Positions 56,434 to 64,000 of a stretch of DNA of 64,000 nt are shown piece after piece. The position numbers and the translations under genes were made by a program. The notes beneath the pieces are model-generated. The model was not told the DNA's origin and ran no database searches. It was given only the letters and a program-made list of their open reading frames with translations. Source of the stretch: an uncultured Kordiimonas sp. (lineage in GTDB: Bacteria; Pseudomonadota; Alphaproteobacteria; Sphingomonadales; Kordiimonadaceae); assembly GCA_965603205.1 (NCBI GenBank), contig CBFDCC010000001.1, positions 294,565 to 358,564 on the forward strand, given 5' to 3'. Within the stretch, counting starts at the first letter, position 1. Each line of letters opens with the position of its first letter.

Positions 56434-58638
56434 CTAAGCGCTGCGGCCAGATGGGTCGCCTTTTGTGTAGAAGGTCTCGCCTTTGTCCGCCATATCACGC
56501 AACATTTGTGGTGGCGTAAAGCGAGGGCCATAAGCCTGCGCCAAACGATCAGCTTCAGCAACAAAGGCCTTAAGCCCCATCGTGTCGATAAAGCTGAAAG
56601 GACCACCAGTGTATGGAGGGAAACCAATGCCGAAGATCGCGCCAACGTCACCTGATGAGGCGTTGATCAGCACTTTTTCTTCAAAACATCTGGCTGCTTC
56701 CACAGCTTGGCGCACGATCAGACGTGCCTTAACTTCTTCCACATCTGGTTGCGCGGCGGCTACGGGGAAATGATCGCCCAGCTCTGGCCACAAGTATTTC
56801 TTGCCGCCATCTTCTGGATAGACGTAAGCGCCTTTACCGTTTTTGCGGCCATAACGCTCTAGCTTCATCATTGTCTCAACAAAGCCGTCGGCTGGTGTTG
56901 GTACATATGCATCACCCAACGCGTCGCGTGTCGCCTTGCCAACTTTTGCCGATAGATCAATCGCCACTTCATCACCCACAGCCAGCGGCCCAACAGGCAT
57001 ACCAGCATGTTTGCCAGCATTATCAATAAGCGCTGGTTTGATGCCTTCTTGCACCATGCAGTAACCTTCTTGCACATAGGTACCAAAAGTACGGCTGGTA
57101 AAGAAACCACGGCTGTCATTAACCACCATCGGTGTCTTTTTAATCTGGCTAACGTAATCAAGTGCGAGTGCCAGTGTTGCGTCATCAGTTTTCGCGCCCA
57201 TGATAATCTCAACCAAAGGCATTTTATCAACAGGAGAGAAGAAGTGAATACCGATAAACTGGTTAGGGCGGCTGAAGTTTTCAGCAAGACCAGAGATTGG
57301 CATTGTTGATGTGTTAGAGCCAAAGACGATATCCTTGCCAATAACCGCCTCAACCTTTTCGGTTACTTCTTTTTTAACCTTAGGGTCCTCAAAAACGGCC
57401 TCGATGATCAGGTCACAGCCCGCAAGATCGCCATAGCTGTCGGTTGCGGTGATATTAGCCAATAGCGCGTCACCCTTTTCCTGTGATACTTTACCACGGC
57501 TCACGCCTTTTTTCACAAGATTACGGCTATAGTCTTTGCCTTTTTCAGCGCTATCCTTTGAAATATCAAATAACACCACTTCCATGTGGGCCTTGGCTGA
57601 AACATAAGCAATACCTGCGCCCATAAGACCAGCACCGACCATACCAAGACGTTTTACTTTTTTGCGCTCAATGCCTTTGGGGCGTAGCGCGCCTTTTTCT
57701 ACGGCTTGTTTATTGATGAACAAGGTGCGGATCATATTTTGTGAAACAGGGCCCATTAACAGCTTCATGAAATATTTAGTCTCAATACGGATGGCCGTAT
57801 CAAAATCAACGATACTGCCCTCGTAAACACACGATAATATAGACTCAACCGCAGGGTAATTGTGATTGGTTTGGGCTTGTGCCATGGCGTTACCGCCCAT
57901 GAATACCTGCGCAGAGCGTGGGTCCATTGCCCCGCCGCCGCCTGGATATTTGAAACCCTTTTTATCCCAAGGCGCAAGAGCAGACGGCGTTTTAGCGACC
58001 CACTCTTTTGCCTTTGTCACCACGTCAGCAACGTCAACAACCTCGTTAACAATGCCAAAACCTTGTGCGGTCATTGGGTTAAAGTTTTTACCTGTCATTA
58101 GCGGTTGTGCCGCATTTTGAATGCCGATAATACGTGGCAGACGCTGTGTGCCACCAGCACCCGGTAGCAATCCAACTTGCACTTCTGGGAAGCCAAGAAC
58201 CAGCTTTGGATCGTTGGCGCATACGCGGTAGTGCGTGCAAAGCGCTAGCTCAAATCCACCACCAAGGGCGAGGCCGTTAATGGCGCAAGCAAAAGGTTTC
58301 GTACCTTCTTTTGCAAGAACCTTAGGTGCCTTGCCGCCTGTTTCAACCTTACGCAGGATGCGGTTTAGATTAAAGGCCGTATCAAAAGCGCCTTTTGGAT
58401 CAACATTTTTAAAATCAAAGTCGCCCATCATTGACAGATCAGCACCCGCTAGGAATGTTGGCTTGCCAGAGGTGATAACAGCACCCTTGATAGCGTCATC
58501 GCCTAGCACTTTATCAATGCAAGTCTCAAGATCGGTGATCACTTGCTGGTTAAATACATTCATTGATGCATTTGGTAAATCGATAGTCAAAAGGGCAATG
58601 CCGTCGCTATCTACGTCAAATTTAATTGTATCAGTCAT
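56434..58638 (-). CDS. fadB: multifunctional enoyl-CoA hydratase / 3-hydroxyacyl-CoA dehydrogenase
   Basis: 734 aa: N-terminal crotonase fold and a central NAD fold (MVGAGLMGAGIA). Confidence 0.9.
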   Translation of the reverse strand: MTDTIKFDVDSDGIALLTIDLPNASMNVFNQQVITDLETCIDKVLGDDAIKGAVITSGKPTFLAGADLSMMGDFDFKNVDPKGAFDTAFNLNRILRKVETGGKAPKVLAKEGTKPFACAINGLALGGGFELALCTHYRVCANDPKLVLGFPEVQVGLLPGAGGTQRLPRIIGIQNAAQPLMTGKNFNPMTAQGFGIVNEVVDVADVVTKAKEWVAKTPSALAPWDKKGFKYPGGGGAMDPRSAQVFMGGNAMAQAQTNHNYPAVESILSCVYEGSIVDFDTAIRIETKYFMKLLMGPVSQNMIRTLFINKQAVEKGALRPKGIERKKVKRLGMVGAGLMGAGIAYVSAKAHMEVVLFDISKDSAEKGKDYSRNLVKKGVSRGKVSQEKGDALLANITATDSYGDLAGCDLIIEAVFEDPKVKKEVTEKVEAVIGKDIVFGSNTSTMPISGLAENFSRPNQFIGIHFFSPVDKMPLVEIIMGAKTDDATLALALDYVSQIKKTPMVVNDSRGFFTSRTFGTYVQEGYCMVQEGIKPALIDNAGKHAGMPVGPLAVGDEVAIDLSAKVGKATRDALGDAYVPTPADGFVETMMKLERYGRKNGKGAYVYPEDGGKKYLWPELGDHFPVAAAQPDVEEVKARLIVRQAVEAARCFEEKVLINASSGDVGAIFGIGFPPYTGGPFSFIDTMGLKAFVAEADRLAQAYGPRFTPPQMLRDMADKGETFYTKGDPSGRSA

Positions 58639-58650
58639 AATGTTAATCCC

Positions 58651-59856
58651 TTAAACGCGCTCAATGATTGTTGCAGTACCCATACCGGCACCGATACAAA
58701 GTGTGGCAAGCGCTGTTTCTTTTCCTGTGCGCTCTAACTCGTCTAGAACAGTGCCTAGAATCATTGCGCCAGTGGCACCCAGTGGGTGACCCATGGCAAT
58801 GGCACCACCACAAGGGTTGATGTTAGCGTGATCAATGTCTAATGCCTGCATGAAACGCAACACAACCGCTGCGAATGCTTCATTTAATTCCCAGATATCA
58901 ATGTCTGATTTGGACATGCCAGCCCGTTTGAGTACTTTTTCAGCGGCAAATTCTGGTCCTGTCAGCATGATGGTTGGCTCACTGCCTATCGAACCCATAG
59001 CGCGGATGCGGGCGCGGGGTTTTAGGCCCAGCTTTTTACCAATAGCCTTGTTACCGATTAATACGCCAGCTGCTCCATCAACGATACCAGAGCTGTTACC
59101 AGCATGGTGAACGTGGTTGATTGTCTCAAGCTCGGGGTATTTCTGCAAGCCAACAGCATCAAAACCAAAGGCACCCATATCAACGAAGGCAGGCTTTAGT
59201 GCGCCTAGGCTTTGCATGGTTGTCTCTGGGCGCATGAACTCGTCATGGTCAAGAACAGGAAAGCCAACAACGTCTTTAACGGCCACAATAGAACCATTAA
59301 AACGTTTCTCCGCCCAAGACTGAGAGGCGCGACGTTGGCTTTCAACCGAATAGGCGTCAACATCATCACGGCTAAAACCGTATTTCGTGGCGATAATATC
59401 AGCAGATATACCTTGTGGTACAAAATATGATTTATGCGCGACAGCTGGGTCAGTGGCCCAAGCAGCACCGTCAGCGCCCATTGGTACGCGGCTCATGCCC
59501 TCAACGCCGCCGCCGATGGCCATATCACATTCGCCCGCCATAACCTTGGCAGCTGCGATATTGCTAGCCTCTAGCCCGCTGGCACAAAAACGGTTGATCT
59601 GAAAACCTGCGGTGGTCTCAGCGTAACCCGCATTAATGGCTGCAACGCGGGCGATGTCGCCGCCTTGCTCGCCCACGGGGGTTACACAACCCAAGATCAC
59701 ATCTTCAACAAGAGAGGTATCAAGGTTGTTGCGATCACGCAGGGATTCTAGAACCTGTGTTGCCAGTTGGATCGGCGTGATTTCGTTTAAAGAGCCACCA
59801 CTGCGACCCCTGCCACGCGGTGTGCGTACTGTGTCGTATATATATGCATCAGTCAT
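58651..59856 (-). CDS. fadA: acetyl-CoA C-acyltransferase (3-ketoacyl-CoA thiolase)
   Basis: 401 aa: ...INRFCASGLEA...NPCGGAIAMGHPLGATG...LCIGAGMG... Confidence 0.9.
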   Translation of the reverse strand: MTDAYIYDTVRTPRGRGRSGGSLNEITPIQLATQVLESLRDRNNLDTSLVEDVILGCVTPVGEQGGDIARVAAINAGYAETTAGFQINRFCASGLEASNIAAAKVMAGECDMAIGGGVEGMSRVPMGADGAAWATDPAVAHKSYFVPQGISADIIATKYGFSRDDVDAYSVESQRRASQSWAEKRFNGSIVAVKDVVGFPVLDHDEFMRPETTMQSLGALKPAFVDMGAFGFDAVGLQKYPELETINHVHHAGNSSGIVDGAAGVLIGNKAIGKKLGLKPRARIRAMGSIGSEPTIMLTGPEFAAEKVLKRAGMSKSDIDIWELNEAFAAVVLRFMQALDIDHANINPCGGAIAMGHPLGATGAMILGTVLDELERTGKETALATLCIGAGMGTATIIERV

Positions 59857-59885
59857 TGTTTAATCCTTTTTGTATATAGAATGGC

Positions 59886-61679
59886 TTAAAATAGTGCGGC
59901 GTCTAGTGCCATTACATCTTCACAGCCCGCTTCAATTTCAGCTAGCAGTCCTTTTGTCTCGATGATGCGGCGGTTCATATAGTAACGTCCCGCAATGAGT
60001 TTTGCCTTATAGTAATCTTGGTCTGTTGTGCCTTCGGCTAGTTTCTTCTCGCAAGTATCTGCGATCCAAACCCACATATGGCCTAGCGCCACATGACCAA
60101 CAAGATGCATAAAGGCAACAGAGCCAGCACCCGCATTATCAGGGTTTTTCATACCGTTTTGCATGAACCACATCACAGCAGTTTGCATGTCTTTAACCGC
60201 AGCACCTAACGGCCCAGTGAAATCATTTAGTTTCTCATCAGTGCCATATTTAGCAAGTTCTTCGCCAAGATATGTAAAGTAGGTCTGTGTGGCGCGACCG
60301 CCATTTGCGCCTAGCTTACGTCCAACAAGGTCAAGGGCTTGAATGCCGTTTGTGCCTTCATAGATTTGAGCGATACGTGCATCTCGAACAAATTGTTCCA
60401 TGCCCCACTCACTGATATAGCCATGGCCACCAAATACTTGCTGACACGCCACGGCATTTTCAAAGCCACGGTCAGTAAAGACACCCTTCATCACAGGCGT
60501 CATTAGGCCAACAATATCATCAGCCCACTGTTTTTCTTGCGTCGTTTTACCAAAATGAGAGCGGTCAATCATGTTAGCACACCACAGCGCCATCACACGG
60601 GCAGGCTCGTTGAATGAACGCGCATTCATTAGATTGCGACGTACATCTGGGTGAACGATGATAGGATCAGCTGCCGCGTCTGGGTTTTTAGGGCCAGTGA
60701 GCGAGCGTCCTTGGATACGATCATTGGCATAAATAACAGCATTTTGATAGGCGATCTCAGAGGCTGATAGACCTTCAAGTCCAACACCAACACGCGCGTG
60801 GTTCATCATGATGAACATGGCGGCTAGGCCTTTAAACTCATCACCAAGCATAAAGCCTTTGGCATTATCGTAATTCATCACACAGGTTGAGTTGCCGTGG
60901 ATACCCATTTTTTCTTCTAAGGAGCCACAGACAACGCCGTTGCGGTCGCCAAGACTGCCATCATCATTGATGTTAATCTTTGGCACAACAAACAGGCTGA
61001 TACCTTTTGATGTATTAGGCGCACCTGGTGTTTTAGCCAGCACAAGATGAATGATATTTTCAGACATGTTATGGTCGCCAGCTGAGATGAAAATCTTTGA
61101 TCCTGTGATGCTGTATGAACCGTCGGTCTGTGGCTCAGCTTTGGTGCGGATCATGCCTAGATCAGTACCGCAATGGGCCTCGGTTAGGTTCATGGTGCCT
61201 GTCCATTTACCTAAAACCATATTTGGAATATATTTTTGTTTTTGCTCATCCGTACCGACCTGATGGATAGCGGCCATCGCACCCTGTGATAGGCCGTCAT
61301 ACATTGTAAAAGCTTTATTAGCCGCCGACATCTGCTCTGCCTTGGCCATGCCTAGGATATTTGGCATGCCTTGGCCGCCATATTCCTCGCCCCATGTTAG
61401 ACCTGCCCAGCCGCCTTGGCTGTGAAGATCAAAGGCTTCTTTAAATCCTTTAGGTACAGTTACGTTACCATCACTATCGCGCGAGCAACCTTCTTGATCA
61501 CCACTAAGGTTAAGAGGGCTTGTTTCATTTTCAACAAACTTAGCTGACTCTTCTAAAATCGCAGAGCCGAGGTCCCTCGTGGCCTCGCTATAACCAGGTA
61601 GATAGTCATATTGCTCAATATTTAAGACATCATATAGTGTGAATAATTGATCTTTAACGGGGGCTTTGTAACTAGGCAT
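59886..61679 (-). CDS. long-form acyl-CoA dehydrogenase
   Basis: 597 aa: ...GMNLTEAHCGTDLG...QVFGGHGYI..., with a C-terminal extension. Confidence 0.9.
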   Translation of the reverse strand: MPSYKAPVKDQLFTLYDVLNIEQYDYLPGYSEATRDLGSAILEESAKFVENETSPLNLSGDQEGCSRDSDGNVTVPKGFKEAFDLHSQGGWAGLTWGEEYGGQGMPNILGMAKAEQMSAANKAFTMYDGLSQGAMAAIHQVGTDEQKQKYIPNMVLGKWTGTMNLTEAHCGTDLGMIRTKAEPQTDGSYSITGSKIFISAGDHNMSENIIHLVLAKTPGAPNTSKGISLFVVPKININDDGSLGDRNGVVCGSLEEKMGIHGNSTCVMNYDNAKGFMLGDEFKGLAAMFIMMNHARVGVGLEGLSASEIAYQNAVIYANDRIQGRSLTGPKNPDAAADPIIVHPDVRRNLMNARSFNEPARVMALWCANMIDRSHFGKTTQEKQWADDIVGLMTPVMKGVFTDRGFENAVACQQVFGGHGYISEWGMEQFVRDARIAQIYEGTNGIQALDLVGRKLGANGGRATQTYFTYLGEELAKYGTDEKLNDFTGPLGAAVKDMQTAVMWFMQNGMKNPDNAGAGSVAFMHLVGHVALGHMWVWIADTCEKKLAEGTTDQDYYKAKLIAGRYYMNRRIIETKGLLAEIEAGCEDVMALDAALF

Positions 61680-61704
61680 AATAAATCCTTATATCGCTAT
61701 TATA

Positions 61705-62154
61705 TTATTGAGATACAGCGGCCGATTGAGCGGCCTTTTTATTTGTGGGGGTGAGCTTTCCAGTGCTTGGATCGTGTATCAAAGTAGAAATTTCATCAAT
61801 GAAACCAGATAGCTCAGTAATGGTTGCGTCGATATCATCGCGCTGTGTCTTTAATGACTTGATCTGCTCTTTGCATTTTTCAAGCGTAACCTCGCGCTGC
61901 TTTTCGCGGCCGTCGCTTAGGTCATATAGGTCAAGCATTTCGGTAATGTCATTCAGAGAAAAACCAACACGTTTACCGCGCAACACCCAAGCAAGACGCG
62001 CTTTGTCAGTATTATTATAGATACGGGTTTGGCCTTCGCGTTTAGGGGAAAGTAGGCCTTGATCTTCATAATATCTAAGCGTGCGTGCCGTGATGTCAAA
62101 TTCACGGGCGAGGTATTTGATTGTGTAGGTCTGATTCTCTTTGCTTGTAGGCAT
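61705..62154 (-). CDS. MerR family transcriptional regulator (LiuR-like context)
   Basis: YTIKYLAREFDITARTLRYYEDQGLL... ATG 62154 is preceded by AGGAG at a 7-nt spacing. The track start at 62172 contains that SD and is rejected. Confidence 0.85.
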   Translation of the reverse strand: MPTSKENQTYTIKYLAREFDITARTLRYYEDQGLLSPKREGQTRIYNNTDKARLAWVLRGKRVGFSLNDITEMLDLYDLSDGREKQREVTLEKCKEQIKSLKTQRDDIDATITELSGFIDEISTLIHDPSTGKLTPTNKKAAQSAAVSQ

Positions 62155-62195
62155 TCCTATACTCCTATCCATACCATAACCGATTTAGCTAAATT

Positions 62196-62224
62196 GGTAT
62201 AGTTTACGTTAACGTAAACGTCAA
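62196..62224 (-). promoter_or_regulatory. sigma70-like promoter whose 17-nt spacer is a perfect palindromic operator
   Basis: The minus strand reads TTGACG-TTTACGTTAACGTAAAC-TATACC. GTTTACGTTAACGTAAAC (62202-62219) is an 18-bp perfect palindrome. Confidence 0.55.
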
Positions 62225-62475
62225 TGTAAATTTTTAAAAGGCATAAGCATCTGAAATTATTATATTTAATACTGAACCTTGATTAGCATTTTGATGAAAC
62301 ATAGTTGAATTTTCCAGTAGGACGAGCGACTCAGTCGCATTTTTGTCTATATTGCTAAGGTTTCTTGATAGTAAATCGTCGAGATTGCTTTTTACCCTAG
62401 GATAGGTTACGGATTATCATACTCTTTACACCTAATAGTGTTCATGAAAGTCTATCAAGAAAAGCTGTTTAACTT

Positions 62476-63399
62476 ATGCCTATTTACCTACCCATTGCTG
62501 AATTATCGATGAACGCATTCCTCGTCATTGGCATGGGCGGTATTGTTGGGTTTTTGTCAGGTATGTTTGGTGTTGGCGGTGGTTTTTTGATGACACCTCT
62601 TTTGATATTTGCTGGTGTGCCGCCAGCGGTTGCTGTGGCGACAGAGGCAAATCAAATTACAGCAGCGTCCGTATCGGGTGCGCTGGCACATTGGCGCCGT
62701 GCTGGCGTTGATTTTAAGATGGGCGGCATGCTGATTATTGGTGGTGCCATTGGCTCTTATTTTGGCGCTCAAGTTTTTGCCTGGTTGCGCTTGTTGGGTC
62801 AAGTAGATTTGATGATCTCGCTTGCTTATGTTCTGTTTTTAGGGTCCGTTGGTGGTTTGATGTTTTGGGAAAGTGTGCGGGCGATAATCCGCGCCAAAAA
62901 GGGCTATAAAGTACCCTACAACCGTGATGAGCGCCACGCAGGTTGGATCTATAAACTTCCCTTTAAAATGCGGTTCCGTAAAAGCCGTTTATATATCTCT
63001 GCGATACTGCCTATCGCCATTGGCGTGCTTGTGGGTATTCTGGCCGCCATTATGGGGGTCGGGGGTGGATTCATTATGGTACCCGCGATGATTTATATAC
63101 TGGGTATGCCGACCAACGTGGTGATTGGCACATCGCTGTTTCAGATTATTTTTGTGACGGCTTTGACCACTGTGTTTCATTCAGTTAATACGCAAACCGT
63201 TGACATTGTTCTGGCATTGCTGCTGCTACTGGGTGCTGTTGTTGGTGCACAAATAGGTGTGCGTGTTGGGGTCAAGCTTAAGGGTGAGCAACTGCGGGCT
63301 TTGCTCGCCTTAATGGTGCTAGGTGTATGCGTAAAAATGGCCTTTGGTTTGGTGTTAGAACCTGATGATTTATTCACTATTCAGGAGGTGGCGCATTAA
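62476..63399 (+). CDS. TauE/SafE (DUF81) family membrane transporter
   Basis: 307 aa with about 8 TM and duplicated motifs ...GMFGVGGGFLMTPLL... and ...IMGVGGGFIMVPAM... Confidence 0.8.
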   Translation: MPIYLPIAELSMNAFLVIGMGGIVGFLSGMFGVGGGFLMTPLLIFAGVPPAVAVATEANQITAASVSGALAHWRRAGVDFKMGGMLIIGGAIGSYFGAQVFAWLRLLGQVDLMISLAYVLFLGSVGGLMFWESVRAIIRAKKGYKVPYNRDERHAGWIYKLPFKMRFRKSRLYISAILPIAIGVLVGILAAIMGVGGGFIMVPAMIYILGMPTNVVIGTSLFQIIFVTALTTVFHSVNTQTVDIVLALLLLLGAVVGAQIGVRVGVKLKGEQLRALLALMVLGVCVKMAFGLVLEPDDLFTIQEVAH

Positions 63400-64000
63400 A
63401 TGAAACGCTTCCTCATCCTATGTTTAATGCTCATCGGGTCATCGCTGAATATAGCGCAGGCACTGGTGACAGATTTGTCAGATAAAAAGATTGAAATTCG
63501 CTACAGTTTTGAAGGCGCGGATTTGATTTTATTTGGCGCGATAGGTCATGACCTATTTCACGATGATTTTGATGTGGTGATCATGGTCAAGGGACCAAAA
63601 AATGCCGCTAAAGTTAGGCGCAAAGAAAAGGTTCTTGGGATTTGGATGAACACAGATGCGGTTACATTTCCGACTGCCCCTGGGTATTACGCTGTCGCCT
63701 CTACTAGGCCACTGGCTGCAATAGCAGCGGAAAGTGTTTTTGGTCATTATGGTGTTGGCTTTGAGAATATAAACCTTAAAGCAGAGAGCGGGGATGTATC
63801 TGGTGATGTCATGATGTCTTTCAAGCAGGCGTTGTTCAGTGGCAAGGTAGGTAATGGTCTATACCGACAAGGTATTGACGAGGTAACCATTGTCGGCGAA
63901 GGGCTATTTCGCACGGATATTCATTTGCCAGCTAATGTGCCTGTAGGGGCCTTTGCTGTGGAGGCCTTTATCATTCAAAAAGGCGTGCTTAAAGCCCATA
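63400..64000 (+). CDS. TIGR02186 / PF09608 (Alph_Pro_TM)-like protein, N-terminal 200 aa (runs off the window)
   Basis: The ATG follows the TauE stop directly (TAA-ATG). The frame is open to nt 64000, with signal peptide MKRFLILCLMLIGSSLNIAQA. Family assigned by recollection of the conserved DUF81 neighbour. Confidence 0.5.
   Translation, partial: MKRFLILCLMLIGSSLNIAQALVTDLSDKKIEIRYSFEGADLILFGAIGHDLFHDDFDVVIMVKGPKNAAKVRRKEKVLGIWMNTDAVTFPTAPGYYAVASTRPLAAIAAESVFGHYGVGFENINLKAESGDVSGDVMMSFKQALFSGKVGNGLYRQGIDEVTIVGEGLFRTDIHLPANVPVGAFAVEAFIIQKGVLKAH

Noticed and set aside
56026-56655. ORFs 56026-56283 and 56308-56655 (+), which share the N-terminus MAILASARPRSHSVRMLGASY, and 56367-56651 (-).
   Set aside because: The shared N-termini are simply translations of the two copies of the 100-nt repeat. 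The remainder runs through hairpin elements, a terminator, and the antisense strand of the fadB-like gene.
62326-62344. Small hairpin GCGAC-TCA-GTCGC followed by TTTT in the spacer upstream of the TauE gene, considered as a possible terminator or sRNA 3' end.
   Set aside because: The stem is only 5 bp, with no supporting promoter or second structure. The evidence is too weak to call.
1-64000. I looked for CRISPR arrays, tRNA/rRNA/tmRNA genes, IS elements, integrases, phage genes, toxin-antitoxin pairs and defence-island signatures across the whole window.
   Set aside because: None was found by eye. The only repeats are the short structured intergenic families reported above, and no ORF resembles a transposase, recombinase or known defence protein. 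A tRNAscan/Infernal/ISfinder/DefenseFinder run would be needed to confirm the negative.

Overview
This window is a core-chromosome segment of a moderate-GC alphaproteobacterium. Lineage evidence: pckA divergent from chvI-chvG-truncated hprK-rapZ-EIIA(Man)-HPr/NPr-ahcY, a DivL-type Tyr-for-His pseudokinase, alpha-type addB/addA, and a PF09608-like protein. I count about 60 CDS, almost all housekeeping: truB-rpsO-pnp, lepA, the psp regulon (pspF divergent from pspABC), sufE, an alpha-carbonic anhydrase, pckA, the ChvGI/PTS-Ntr module, ahcY-metK, divL, tsaE, an amgK-murU-type fusion, addBA, trxA, folC-accD-trpA-trpB-trpF, and a MerR-headed beta-oxidation operon. I saw no rRNA or tRNA genes, CRISPR array, transposase, integrase, prophage, or recognisable defence, secretion or biosynthetic cluster. 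I did not find a convincing novel multi-gene system. The leads worth a second look are: (1) a candidate sRNA after the lepA operon, with two hairpins whose loops are C/U-rich and anti-SD-like; (2) a Sel1-repeat/prolyl-hydroxylase-type oxygenase whose start codon lies 2 nt after the lepA stop; (3) a ~100-nt structured repeat family at four loci, including a nested hairpin cluster upstream of trpF; (4) an unusually long, purine-rich, internally repeated leader between the sigma54 promoter and pspA; (5) a perfect 18-bp palindrome that fills the promoter spacer of the MerR/fatty-acid operon; (6) an unlisted 46-codon ORF with a consensus SD next to an 18-bp tandem repeat. All RNA structures, motifs and family assignments were made by eye from the sequence and the translations. 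No searches were run.
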